Shown here piece after piece: positions 26,201 through 41,200 of a stretch of 64,000 nt of DNA. The DNA lies in NCBI RefSeq assembly GCF_037042905.1, contig NC_087251.1, positions 13,518,001-13,582,000 on the forward strand, written 5' to 3'. Position 1 is the first letter of the stretch, and every line of letters begins with the position of its first letter. Origin of the DNA: Lytechinus pictus (lineage: Eukaryota). The translations under genes were made by a program, and so were the position numbers. The notes under the pieces are model-generated. The model made no database searches and was not told the origin of the DNA. It saw nothing but the letters and a program-made list of their open reading frames with translations.

Positions 26201-29200
26201 GCAAAGTGACAATCAGTCTACAGCCTTCTAGAGAACAGTTCATGTCAAAGGTTAAAGGTCTCATTGCTGGATTTGAACACACAGTGGGTGAGTATTGCAT
26301 TATCATCAGTGGAATGTTGTATGAGAGAACTTGTTGGATAGTTCATCTAACAAAGTATGTTTTATCTGACAATTACCTCAGGAACTGTGCTTCTGGGCCA
26401 ATCAATGTGTAGGAAAGTTGTCAGATCGGATAAACTTGTTGGACAAAAAAAATTTATGAAATGCTCTTCAAATTAATGTCTAATAGTGAAAATGAGAGAT
26501 TTTTCTGATGCATGGTTGTTGATGTTGTTAAAGGTGGTGGTAGTCTTTGTAGTGTTCCGTCATCATTTGAATGATTTTTCACCCAGGTGGTTGGAAAACA
26601 ATTTATTATGAAACAGAATACCTTTATGCCCACTACACCCAATATTTGGTACTGGTTTTGAATTTAGGTCAAGTCCAAGCCTTACACCGTGACCCCTACC
26701 TCCAAGTGTTCTGGAGCCCTCCCCGCTATGACCTGAAGCTCTCCACCATGGGTATGGATGATGAAGAGAAACATCGACCTTGGCCTGATCTAGAGCTTCT
26801 GTTTGGTGAGGATGGGGAGTATGGTAGCTCTGTAACAGAAGTGCTCCAAGCAGTATCAGAAAATGTCAACTCAGTTCAGGAATATGCCAAGGTAATTACA
26901 ACTATCGTTGATAGTTGTAAGCTATACTTGTACAGCAGAGCCTGTGATCATTATTAGTTCCTATACAGATATTTGCATTTTTTATCACTTATTTCTAATT
27001 GTAATTCTTCTCATGTGCAGTAATGGTGATATATGAAAGTAGAAATTTCAATTGAAATTGAAAGTAACAATTCATTCTTTTTTTTAAATATACCAATGAA
27101 TATAATTCTTTAAAAAAATAAGTAGTGAATTGTACTGGTGTGGTTTGTCAGTTCTAATATTTCATATTCCTGTATTTTTTTGCAGAATTTTGAACCATAT
27201 ACTGGTATGGTTGATCAGGCCAGACGAGTAGATGTAGAGGGCTCACTCCAAAAGCGAGAATGGACTACTGAAGAATTTAACCATGTTCTCTCGGCCCACT
27301 CAGAAATGGTAAATGTTGCTCTTGATATTTGTTGAAAACAGTGGGGGCAATTTTGGGTTGGATTACACACATTTGAGGGATGTTGAATAGTTTTGCTTGT
27401 GCACAATTTTGATAGAGATGATGATATTATTCCACTCTACATAGTTTTTACTACCCAGCGACATCGCCTCTATAAGCGCTTTACAGATACATTATCACCC
27501 TGGGTTTCGGATTCTGGATTTTGATGATGGTCATGTCCATATTTTTTTCATTCATTCATTTTCTAAAAAGACATGTTATATTTCACCCTAAAATAAAATA
27601 GGATAAGTAATGTTGCAAATTTGAGGGGTATTTTGTGTTAAATGTGGCCCTTGTAATAATCCTGTCAAGAAAGTATTTTTTCATTCCTTGTATTGCTTTC
27701 ATTTTGTTGATGCTGTTGTAGGTTAATTCCATGGAAAACATGGAGAAGGAACGTCGGAGTGGGATGATCCATGTCTTGGTTCACAACTTTCAGAAGACCT
27801 GTCTTCCTTACCCTACTAATGTCATGGTGGCTGTAGTCAGGAGACTTCCACAGATTGCTAACAGACGCAATGAGAACCTCCTCAAAGTCATCAAGGTAAG
27901 AAGAATCTCATTCCAATCCAGTCTGGACATTCTTTTATAATACCACTCTTAGTTACCTCACCTGTGATAGGAAATCACAGAGAGTGGAGCAGGCAGAGTT
28001 GTATTCAGTGTGATAGTTACACCCTTGACATGGAATAGTGGCTAAATATTTTGTTATAGCAAACTGGGATTTGGACAAGATATCACAATTATCCTGACAA
28101 TAAATCTAAAAATTGATTTTCCCCCAAATTGGAGGTATCAAGTCAATTTACCCAAGCAAGTTATTGATATTTGAATTATGAGTACAGCCTATAGATAGTG
28201 ATCTCTTCATTTGTATCATAACAGAGTGCCTCCAAGAAGCTGGACCACATGCCCCAGTCTGTGGAAGAGTTTGTGGAACATCTATCATTCCTCTCTCGAA
28301 TGGGATCAGAGTTACCATCCCTGGAGAAGGAATACTTCGTAGTGACAAGACTCTTCACCATTGCCAAAGACTTTGATGTCCCCATAGAGCCCGAGGAGCT
28401 GGCCTTGTATCAGACACTCATGCCAAGCTTCCAGCATCTTAAGGTATGGTTTTGAGATATAGAAGGGAAGATCGATTGGAAGGGTAGTGAGTTGAGTTCA
28501 TGTGGAGTAGAGAGGGACAGAAGAAGAGTGCAAGAGGGGGAGGAAGCAAGAAAAATAAAGATAGAGAAAGAGAGAGGGAGCAAGAGGAGATGGGCAGAGA
28601 AACAAAGGAAGAGAGAACAGAAAGAAGGAAGGAGTGAGAGAAAGAGAGATAGAGTGAAAAAGTAGGGTGAAGGAGGGGGTACGTAGAAAAGCAGATATAT
28701 TTGCAATGCATGTTTATGAGTATCAACGAATTACTTGCAGATTCAAATTCTGCATAAATGCACTCTTCCAACATGACTCTGTAATGCAAATTAAGTTGAT
28801 GTCTATTTTGTTCTGCCCTGTTTATTTGTGCAGTCCACCATCATATATTGTGAAGCTAAGAAAGATGAGAATATCAGCAAATTCAGTGATGATCTCAATA
28901 TTCATATTCAAGGACTTCTGGTGAGTTTAACTTTGCCTCTATTTTTAATGTTTTTTTTCAGATTTACATCCATAATACCATCTCTAAATGTTAGTTTATA
29001 TCATAGATATGTTATAGAAGGCTTTTTTTGAAAACCTGTTTTCATCGATGTAGCTCAAATGCTAGTAATTTACGTCTGTTGAGTTGTATTTCATTTTGAA
29101 ATGATAATTTGTACAAATTGCAATATATGCATTACACATCACATTACCCCAGTAGCCCCATACAAAAGCTTCATGAATACTTCATAAATGTCTGTTGTTA

Positions 29201-32200
29201 TCTATCCACATCATCTATTCCCTTTGACAGTCTGAGGCATATGACATCCGTAATCGGGTTACGGCTCCAACCTTGCTCAGTGCAGATACCCTGGCAGTGG
29301 TTGCCATGGAGAACCTGAAACTACTGAGTGATGAGCTCAATGCTGTGTCAGGCAAGGCTAGGAGCTATGCCAGCTACCAGGATAGGTTTGGTAGCTCCAT
29401 CTCCACTCAGAACAAGATGAAAGGCATCTCAGAGTAAGTTTACTTTCCTGCTTTCAGGAGATTATTATTAGGTTATAAAGCAAAATATAATTATATGGAA
29501 GGTGAGCTTGCAAAGTCTTTTTATATTTTATTTAGGACGAGTATGATGGTAAAGCAAAATCCACTGTAAATTTTAAGATTGCTGTTGAGTCTTCAGATAC
29601 CCTCACATTCAAAATTTTTGAAAGAAAAATCTTAAATGATCAGGGCAAACTTGTGTCTGTGGACCCTTGAATGCGTTTGTGTGCAGGGCATGTGACTTAG
29701 AATTATGTCACTTTCTTTTGATGATTTAAGGTCTTACAAATGTAGAAACTCAAAGAGATTTAAATTCCTTATGTTGGGTTTTACTGATAAAAGTCCCCTA
29801 TTTACTAATATTATTTCTATTCAGAAATCATGCTACAGTTCTATTGTCTCTGCTATATGCTATGTGCATGTAAAATGCCATTGTCATTTTGCAAAATACA
29901 TTGTCATCCTTATACAGAAAGACCCTTAGGAATTATTCATTCTCTACCCTACTATGCCATTCCCTTGAATAATACTTCTCAACTGACCATTCACTTTCAT
30001 TAGAGAGATCATGATGTCGGACTACAGCGACCGCAGTGCCAGTGCCCAGCAGATCCTTTCTGAGCTTTCAGAGATAGAGCGAGAGCTGCAGCTGAGGAAA
30101 CTCCTCTGGGAATCCTCAGATGAATGGGGCAACCTTGTAGAAGACTGGACAGAGACTCAGTTTGATGGCCTCAATGTGGACATCATGCAGAAGAATGTCA
30201 GCAAGTTCACCCAAACAGTGTTCATGTTGGAGAAAGGTAAGTGCAGATGTGTTATCGAGTATTGCTGCACAATATGAGAGATATAAGAATATTGTGACTT
30301 TGAAATTTAAATGAATAGACAATATTGGATAGGTGATTTATTATTGGTGATATTGGTGGTGTATTACCTCTCACAATATTGTAAAGAAGATGGAGGTGGC
30401 AATAAATATAATGCATACATAAAAAGCAGCTCAAATTACAGAAGATCTGTGACAGCAGGCCAAAAAAATAAGACATCCCTGAATTTAATTTTCCCAAGTG
30501 GAAAAGTTTCAAATTTGTCAACCCTGACCAACATATCCTCTCAAAATGCATATTGCCTGTATATTAGCTAATACAGCAGAAAGCAGGGTATGTGGGCATT
30601 TGTTTGGTAATTATTCATAGTTGGTGATACTTGAATGCTCAATATAAGTTATCGCGCAGCTGCAAGTCCAAAATTCTTCATTCTGATTGATGAAAAATCG
30701 AGCTACGTTTGATTTTATTGAATGCCTTTAATTGCATTTTATTCTGTAATGGACCACAGTAATGCCTACATTGATTGTTATGATATTTCCTTTCTTTGCT
30801 TTTTGGGACTGGGTGATTTTTGTACAAAGCCTATAGCATTATAGCATTCAGTAGTCAACGGGTTCAATGGTTTCATAGCATAGATGATAATTTTTAATAA
30901 AATGTGTATATTTCTTCAGGGTTACCACCAAATGAAGTCCTTCCACGGCTGAAGGAGCGTGTCTTGAGTTTCAAGCAAGGTATGCCTGTCATCACAGCCT
31001 TGAGGAATCCAGCTCTTAGACCAAGACATTGGCAAGAGATCCAGAACCTGATTGGTAGGGCTATCATCAGGGATAAGAACTTCACTCTTGGAAAGTTCCT
31101 TGAGTTGCAGGTATGGGAGACATATTTGATGCTTTTACATCTGAAAAGATTCGTTTAATGTTTTCTAATATTATCTTCTTTATTTCATATGAATTCATTA
31201 TTTTTTAGATGTAATCTCTCCCATTATGAACTACTGAATAAAGGACACTCATCAATTTATTTTTTCAGAATTTTTTTTTTAAACCAGTCAAAATCTAGTT
31301 TGAAAATCCAGAAATAGTTTTAGGAATTCTTCGAATAATAATTTGGTGTTGTAATTCTTGTATATAACACCTGCTATACTATGGAAAAAAAACAACTGAT
31401 GCCTGATGGTGATTCACTAGTAGTTACAATCGAGTACTCGAAGCTGTAGATCAATCCTATCTATTTGTTGAATCACCCATGTATCATGTACCGTATTCAG
31501 TACAACAAATAGTTGTTTTCTTGTTTTCTCACAGCTCTTCCAATACAAAGACCAGATTAATGATATATCCACAACAGCCAGTAATGAAGCTACACTCGAG
31601 GTCATGTTGAATAAGGTAAGAGTGCATCATCTTGCACATCAAAATCTGTTCACCCATGAGGGACAAACAAAGTGACCCCATTTTGTGATTTTGCCCCAAT
31701 TGTATGATTCAGAGCCTTTGTAAATTTTTTAGAGTGAAAAATAATAATTCTACACATATTATAAACATATAAGCATTGTTACTACATCTTTTCTTTGATT
31801 CTGAAGTTTTTTTTAGAAGGAAGATAATCACTAAATATAAGGAAAAATGTCCAATCACTGTCTTTCCATCAAAATTTGTAACATTCATATATATTCTTAA
31901 TCCATTACTTTTTATTTCAGCTGCATAAATTTTATAAAGAAAAAAAAATCAGCAATAAAAAAAAAATCATTGGTGTTGTCAATTTGAGCTGCTATTGTGC
32001 AGCTTCAGGTTATTAATGTCTAGACAGAATGAGGCCATTATCATTATATGATTCCTCCCGTCTCCTTACCAGGTAATTGATCTATGGAGAGTGACAGACT
32101 TCCGTCTTGTGCCTCACAGTGGGCGTGACTTCAGCATCATCGCAGGAGCCGATGACATCATGACCCAGTTGGAGGAGAGTCAAGTTACTATCGGAACCAT

Positions 32201-35200
32201 CAGAGGCTCAAGATATGTCACTCCTATCAAGGTATTACTTTCTTTTTTCAGAATGGGAATCCTTATGACGTGTACAGACAAAGTGCAATGGCATGTGAAT
32301 CGGTTTTTGACAGATGTACATCATTCTGATGTGATTATTAATTGATATCTGGTGATTAACCATATATGTCATCATCAAAAAAATAATTGATCAGGAGCAT
32401 GTTTTATCAACATTTGTAGCATTACAAGTTTTTTAAATTTATTTATATATTTATTTCATTTATTTGTCTTCTTAACCCCGGGTAGCCTGCTCAGTCATCA
32501 AATACTGTTATGAACCAGGGGGGCGTTTCATGAAAGGACTTGTCGGACGTTTTATCCGACAAGTCCCATTTTATCCGACAGTTACCATAGGAACAGTGCC
32601 TCTCAGCCAATCAAAATCATGGAAAGATGTCAGATCTGACAACTTGTCGGATTAAAATGTTGATGAAACGCTCCCCTGGACCCTGCATAATACGTATATA
32701 CATAGAGCCATCATAAGAACGTACTATACAAGACATATGAAATTATAACTTTACAATACAATTCAAATAGAGTGAATGATATAAGTAATTGAAAAAGAAC
32801 CAGATCTGATCGGATCTGATAAACGCCTTTTATTTTGATTGACTTAAGGCCACCGCACACCTTACGACTGGTCTGTGACAAGATTTTGTAATAAAACGTA
32901 GTAGAATTTGATGCCAATGTTGAGACATGGAATATCTTACTATATGATTTTTAAAATGATTGTACGTAAACCTATGTTGAAATCTGTGACTTATGCTATC
33001 ATCCTTATTCAAATAAAAGCAGATTTAATATCTAGTTGTAATGATGTCATATTATCGTACGGTGGGCTACGATTTGAAAGTAATTTGGCCTTTAATCCAA
33101 AATAAAGGCTTGCAATCATCCAAATTTGTTATATTAGTATTCTTACAATTAATTTGAACCTCAAATAAAAAGATACTTAGCATTCACATTTTCAGAAAAT
33201 GAGCAAAATGCTATTTTTTCCCAGAATCGGATTGTGGACCAGCCGTAAGGTGTGCGGTGGGAAGCACTAGTGTCTGACTGTTACGAAGTCCTTTGATGTA
33301 AAGATTCCCAGGGTGCTGATTCAGTGCTGAACCTTTCTAGCTCTGAAAAATTGTCATTGTCTGACAATTACCATAGCAACAGTCAGAGACTGATGCTTCT
33401 CAGCCAATCAAAACTCAATATTCATCAAAAGTGGATATTTTTTCTCTTTGTATAATTATGCATTATTTGTGTATTTTTAATGGTTGTTTTTAGGCTCTTG
33501 TTGATGAATGGGACAGGAAGTTGAATGTATTTTCCCGTACCTTGGATGAATGGATGATGTGTCAGAGGAACTGGCTCTATCTGGAACAGATCTTCACTAC
33601 ACCCGACATACAGAGGTAATGGTTTTAAGATCTCATTACTTAACTTCTACCCTATAAACTCCAAATATTCTCCTTGCAAAACCCCAAAGATTATGATTTT
33701 AATTATTTTATAGGCAGACAAATACAGAATTAAGATGCTGTAACTTATCATTCAAGTTTAAATGAGCAGAAGAAGCAAAGAGACAAAATATGAAATATAA
33801 TCATCTCCTTTCCTACTGTCAGACAACTTCCCACTGAAGCTAAGCTATTTGCCAGTGTTGACAAGTCCTGGAAAGACATCATGCGTCGTACAGAGGACAG
33901 ACCCAATGCCCTGAGGTGTGCCACGTTACCAGGTGTCCTTGAGATTCTTCAGACCAACAACTCCAATCTAGAGAAGATCCATAAATGCCTAGAGGTAAAA
34001 TGGTTGATTTGAAGGTGTAACTTGACTGAGTTCTGTCATTTAGTAAATTATTTTGTGAGCATGCACATTTTTAGCCAGGGATACAACTTTGCGTCTCTCA
34101 AATTGTTTTGGAAAATTACTTGTGGTAGAAGAGAGATCATGCATTGGCTCAAGAGGGCTCTTTTTCTTGTCTATGGAAGAATGGTTGGAGACCCAGATAT
34201 ACTCAGAGTGAAACTGTACAAGAAGATGCCCAAGCATCGAGTATTAGTTTGACAATGGATTCTAAATGATGATGGGTTCTTGTATAGCGCCGGTATCCGC
34301 CTCAGCTGGGCGCTCATGCTGATGATGACCAAGTAATATCCTGAAATGATTTGTAATTCCTGCATCATATGTTTGCTTGACATTATGTTATATTTCCTGT
34401 CTCTGTAGGATTATCTTGAGACCAAGAGACTGGTGTTTCCAAGATTCTACTTTCTCAGTAATGATGATCTTCTGGATATACTGGCTCAGAGCAAAAATCC
34501 TGATGCTGTACAGGTACAGTGGGCCATTCATTTCTTCATCTTATTATCATTAAATCAATTTAATAACCTTATACAATAGAAACTTAATCACCCTGTATGC
34601 AACTGTCTATATCCTTTTACAAGGAAGCCATGAAAATCTATGTCAAAAGAATCATCATGACCTTCATTAGATGTAGAAAATGTCGGTGACAAAAATTACT
34701 ATCTGGATTTTTCCTTTTTTCTGAATAACACTATAGTCCAAGATATTTTATGTATTTCATTCATTTAAGACCCATCTTATTTTTTTGTTATTTTATCCTG
34801 ATGTAAATAATGTATTCAACAAAGATGACACATTCTCCTCGTTCAATCTAGTGCAAAATTACCTCTACCCTCTAAAGTAATTGAAGTTGTTTTGTTGTGT
34901 CTTTCAGCCCCATCTTGTGAAATGTTTTGGTAATATCAAGAGTCTTGAGTTCCAGAGAGAGCCTAAGCTACCTCCTACAGTCAGGGCTATGATATCAGCA
35001 GAAGGAGAGGCCATCTTCTTGCCAAAGTAAGTCAATTAATTAATTGTCTTCCAGAAAGTATGATAATAATATTACATTCTTGTGTAGCACATATTGTGTT
35101 TCCATCTAATTTTTCCATGGGCTTAGAAAGAACTTTGGATATCACAACCTTGGCTGTAAGCCATCTGCCTTTTCAATGCAAATGCATGTCAAGGAGTTAA

Positions 35201-38200
35201 TTCCTTGAAATTTTCATTTACCTCACCTGGGCTGAGGGTGGCAAAGCTATATTGATGCCTTGCTAGAGGACACTGGTGCTGCAGCAGGGATTTGAACCTG
35301 GTATCCAGTGAAAAGTTTGTAGGTGTACTATGGTCAGAAACTGATATGCATTGAATAATAGAATACATAGATTAAATCAAACAAGCAATACAATACTCTC
35401 TTGGTCACAGCAAATGTAGTGTCTTTCTGGAATTAAATTGTCAAATAATAAGTATGATTTCCCTCTTTACAGGAATGTACGTGCTCGGAATCCGGTTGAG
35501 CAGTGGCTTGGCAGTGTGGAATCAGCCATGTTTGATTCTGTCAGAAGGTAAAAGATATTTGATAATTGTACTTTCTTCTGAAATTCTTAATATTTCTTGG
35601 TACCAGAGCCAACTTGATAAGGTCCAACATTATTCCATACTTGGCTATTTTCATGCAAGGAATGAAATGGTTTATTTTCATTTATTGGTGTAAATCAAAT
35701 AGTTTGGATATGTCGTAAATTAAGATGAATTTCAAATACTTGACTTCCTGCAAATATACATTTGTATGAGAAATAAAGAAAAACTGAAAACGTGAACTGA
35801 TGTAGATAATTCGACAAATACAAAAGAAAGGAACAGAAATTGTGAGGCAGAGATATGAAGAAAAAAAACCCAGAGAGGCACCTATTGTTTTAACAGAATG
35901 CCATGAGAATTAAAGAATAGATTATTGTTTCCCCATCTTAATGGGTGTGCAGTGAAGCTATTAAAAAAAGATTACTCTTCCAATATTGCAGCCATGTCAG
36001 AGCAGAATTCCTTCTTGTTCCTATGTATTTTCAATGCTGACATTACAACGCACACACATGCTTACATAAACAAATACAAGAAACAATAAATTTGCAGTGA
36101 AAGTTTGTGATATATTGTTAAAAGAAAGTTTCCAAAATTATTTTCAGAATATTTCATCTTATGTATATAATGTTCTGACAAGAATCAGTGTGACATTTCA
36201 TTTTTTTCTCATTTCATTCTATATGACGTGTAATTCTATTGCTCTTAATTGCCATAAGGAATTATTATATATCTAATCTTCTCTGTTCACTTACCAACTC
36301 TTCTCATGCTATGAATAGAAAACATACTCTATACACCCTTAGTCTTTGCATACTAACCATTTATTATTAACCCTCTGTGTATCATATTTTGTCTTCTTTC
36401 TTTCATTTGATTTCTTATCTCTGTCCTATTTTCTCAGATTCATTAAGTTTGTGATGGCAGATAAGCATTTCCAGCTCCTATGGGGGAACACTGAACAGTT
36501 TAGTAAAATTGACAGTGTTATTGTTTAATCCCACATATTCATTTTTTGGAGTTATCCCATATATGGATTGAGTTGATTTTATATGTTAATTGAAGAAAAA
36601 AAATCCTTTCTGTGTTGCACAAACAATGCAGCCTTTGCAATTCAAGCATAACACAAATTATTATTTTTTCTTTTAAAAAATAATCTTTTTAATTATTTTT
36701 CTTTTGTCATTCACTCTGCTTTTCAATTTTGCTTTCATAGACACATAATTTATACATCTATACACCTTGAGTTGTTTCTACTTTCAAAACAAGAAAAAGT
36801 AATTGAATAATTCCCATATGTGATGTTAAACTTGCATCCCAATTGTGTTCTGTTGCATTCATGCCTTCAAATTTTTTTCATTTCAATTTTTTGTTCATCT
36901 CTATTATTCATGAGTTTGCATGTTGTATTTTTGTTTTGTATTTAGTGCTGCAAGTGCCACATTTTATTGCACTTTAGAAATATTGTATCTCTAAAGTCTA
37001 CATATTTATGTTGTATATAGTTCATATCTGTGGCAAATTTGCTCATTTATTTGTGATAATTATTTATATTTTATCCCTTCTCTCACTTTCTATTATTGTT
37101 TGCACAAATACTTGCAGTGGAATAAATGAAAAATAACCATGTAACCCATATGAATGCATGCTATTTTGGTAAACCCTGCCATGAAAACACCAATATAAAA
37201 GAATGCAAGACTTTTTAAAACTGTAATTGGCATATTACTTTTAAAAGTGAACCGTTACATTGTTATCAGTTGTTGTTCGAATAGCTTTATTTTTTTATTG
37301 ATTTTCATCATTCTAATTACAACCTACAATTAGACATAATTTAGACTTAAATTATATTATTGTTCATTGTAATAATAAGTGTACCTCTATATCTTGATCT
37401 AATGAGGCATATTACGCAATTTCAAGTTTCATTTTCATATCATGTTTTGTGTAACCCATTGTGTTTCTATTGTCATGTACAATATCAGACCATGAAAATG
37501 AATATTTAATTGTTCTCTGTTTAAGAACGCAAATGATGATTATTCAATTCGTGAAATAATCTAACAATTATTCAATAATCTATAGGTTAAATAAATGAAT
37601 AATGTCTGTCGGCTGAAAGAATGACATGACTTGGTTTAGGAGTATTCAAACAAAAATGAAACAAAGGAAGAAGCTCTTTCATTTGTTACTTTATTGTTTT
37701 GACAAGTTGATGTCTTATTTTATCATTTTGTGACATTCACTTTATAAATTGTAGATTGCTCATTCATCGGTCTTCCAAAGAACTTAATTATTGATTTCTG
37801 TCAGACATCAGGTCATACTAACCCAATGTCCAGCATTATAATGTGTATGTATTACATTTTTTAGAACATTCTTCAGTGTTTATCATTTATAAAGAAATAG
37901 GCTAATGGCAACCATACATGTTCATCTATTCCATGATTGTGTAATTATTTTGTATTATCTATAAAACGATTTAAAGGGAAAAAGTGTACATTTTTAACTG
38001 CCAAGTCTTTTAATAAAACCCCCTTTTTTTGTTTCAGAAACTTGAAAGAAAGTGTTGGAAAGTGGGGTAAAGATCTTGAGGATTGGGTCATGTCACACCC
38101 GGGCCAGGTGGTTCTTACTGTGGTAAGTTTCTTCAGTGCTTTGCTTCATAAACAAGTTTATCCTGTATTTCAAAATTACATTACGACTGAATGCTAGTAT

Positions 38201-41200
38201 ATAATTTTTCAATTTAATTTTCCTGTTTTGTTCATACTGTATATCTTCTCCTTCGTAACAGGAATGTCAAATTTCCAAAAGGATTTACTTTGTTGGTTCT
38301 TTCTTGGACGAAAAAGAATTATTTAGAGTAAATTTTTCCATGCTTTTCTTTTCTTGTGTGAAATTCACCGGCAGAATTGTGCCAAACCGAGTTCAATTTA
38401 CAAGTTTGGCTGATTATTTTTTTTCTTCATTCAACAGGCTCAGTCTGGCTCTTATTTTTCATTCAATAGCACAAGGCCACATGGCATCATGAAATAATAA
38501 AAGGTTTTAAATGGAGCTAGTCCTCTTATAGCTCTCGTTATACCCTACTCCTTTTTTACATTCCTGAATATTTGATGTAAAAGGTAGTAGTTACCATTTT
38601 TATAATAATTTTTATAGTCTCTTGTCATTTATGAAATGAGAGCAACCTACAGGTTAAAGTGCCAACTACTCTGGCTATATTTTACTTCCATGTCAGGTGT
38701 TGCTAGCATTCTTAAAGAGCTTTTTAAAACTTGACCTTAATGTTGCCACAGGTCCAGATTATGTACAACCGAGAGGTGACAGCGAGCCTAGAGGCTCACA
38801 AGGCTTCAAAAGCCCTGATGGAATCAAGGGATAGATTGGTTGACCGTCTTAACATCCTGGCTGGAATGGTGACCAAACCATTGACCCATCATAAGAGAAA
38901 CAGTGTGGAGGCGCTCATGGTCATCATGGTACATTCCAGGGATATTGTGAATAATCTCATCGATGGCAAGATCAGGAAGAGTGATGATTTTGAGTGGACA
39001 AAGTAAGTTTATTCTTTCAAGGACTGTTGAGGAAGACTTTTTTAGCTTGGATTTTTAGACATCGCTATCATTATCACCATTAACATCATTATTCATACTA
39101 TCATTATTTTTTATTGGTTTTATTAATATAATTATTACTATTCATTCATAATAATAATCATAAAACTGATTATATGAACATATTGTCATGACGCAACATA
39201 AGAGTTAAAATTTTCAAAATACCTTGCCATTTTCACTAAGATTTCTATTTGACTTGCAAAAAATCAGAATAGGCTCCTTTATAAGATAGATGAGACAAAT
39301 TTGTTTTAATGTTCTTATTTCTATAACATTAAATTGCATCAAGATATAGGACTAAATGTACTCTGAGATGATACTGAACCACCTTTACAATGCCTATACA
39401 TAGCCTTGGAATTTACCGTATTTTCAATTAGTCTATCATTGATATATGTCATATATTTTATTTTAATTTAAGGGGCAAAAGCAATAACAAAGAGCGAAAT
39501 GCATAAAGCTTACCAACATATGCATCCTGCTCTCCTCTGTTGTGCTGTGTGAAAGACTGCATGGATATGGAGTCAGGACCATGGCATGTTGTTCCATCCT
39601 GACTGATGGTTTCATGCTCATCAAATAGGAAGTTGACTTGCTTCTTTTCTTCCTTGATAGCTAAGATGATAATAATGTCATATTTCAACCTGGGTAGCCA
39701 CTTTGGTGTCAAAATTGTTCTCAACACAAGCCCTGCTTAGCATGGTAATTTTATCAATACCCTAGCTTTCAAAGAGCTACTCTGATCAGGCACTCTGCAC
39801 TTTTTTAGGAAACAAAAAATGTAAAGGGCCATCTATCTTCAATGATGCGGAATACATATATTTTCGGCAAAATCAAAGGTGTAATAGACAGAATTTAGGT
39901 GTATTTTGTTTGGCTCAGGATAGAACAAAGGTTCAGAGTCTGAAGTCAGCTCTTTCTCCAGTTCTGCTTCTGTGATACATTGGATGTAATAGGCTCTGCC
40001 TTCCTTACCTTGTTTGATGTGCTGTATTAGAGACTCAGTGAGTGCTAGAATCTGCTCCTCTCCTCTGACATGGTAGAAACTTCTTTTCTACCAAGCTCAT
40101 ATTCATGACAAACCTAATCTCTTTGTTTTGAAACCTGTAATGTGGTGGCATACAGATTTTCAAGTATCCTTAAATGATGTATGTTGCACTTGAAGATATC
40201 CTGCCTTGGTGCACACATCAACATGAATCTTAAACATTTCTTCTTTGGTCAAGTATGCTGGCAGTATTATGGATTGCTGTCTCTCTCACAGGGAGCTGCT
40301 GGCTGTGGCAGTCCATTCTCCCTGGCGTACTCCACCAGGGGCCCGTTGCATAAAACTTTTTACCTGAGAAAACTCAGGTTGTTTTTTACCAGAAATCAGA
40401 CTAACCTTAGTTTTCAGTTTTTACCAGAGTTTTCTCAGGTAAAAAGCTTTATGCAACAGGCCCCAGGAAGTTCACAATGCATGAAGCAAGTAAAAAGGAC
40501 GTTGCATGCTTTGGTTTCTTTCCAGCATTTCCATGACTTTTCAATGTAATTCTTTCAGTTGACATATGCTTCATGATGTTCTTGAGGTGACTCTCACCCA
40601 AATAATGAAGTTACAGAAAACAGTTTTTGCACATCTCTTGACCGTTGAAGTCATAGCAATATCTCCTCTTTACTTCTGATGTAGCATAGCAAGGTGTTTT
40701 CGCAGTCAGTTTTCCCCATAATGAAGAGGTTATGTTCAGATTGAGTTTGTTCACGCGTAAGCAACATATGGTCGTAGATATCTGATGCATCCAGATATAG
40801 GAAATGATTACATCCAATATCGCCACACCCTGTGCTCATCTTTGAGTTTCTCTTGTGTGGAAGCTTGCAAATAAAACTCAGGTTCATCTACTGTTTCAGG
40901 TTCTACTTGTTCCCCTGTTGTCATTAAGGCAATGACTTCTTCATTAACATCAAATATTCAATAGTAATCATCATCTTATCACTGCATATGGTACACATAC
41001 TGTATATACATGCTCTATATGTCACTGATATTATCTTTCAGTTAAATATCTCAAATTTTGTTAAAATCTGTTTACATCATATTTTTTTGTACCTTATGAA
41101 TTATTACATATTTTCCTGACTTTTTACCCCTATTCTCTGTCAGGCAATTACGTTACCAGTGGGAAGAACAAAGCAATTCCTGTATCGCCCACCAGGCCAA

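Noticed and set aside
29536..29548. 13-nt micro-exon (tttag|GACGAGTATGATG|gtaaag)
   Set aside because: It shifts the frame unless a weak GAG acceptor at 30007 is used; exons 21 and 22 already join in frame.
39458..39727. Nested antisense host gene exon
   Set aside because: Better explained as part of the decayed transposase; neighbouring frames have stops and frameshifts.
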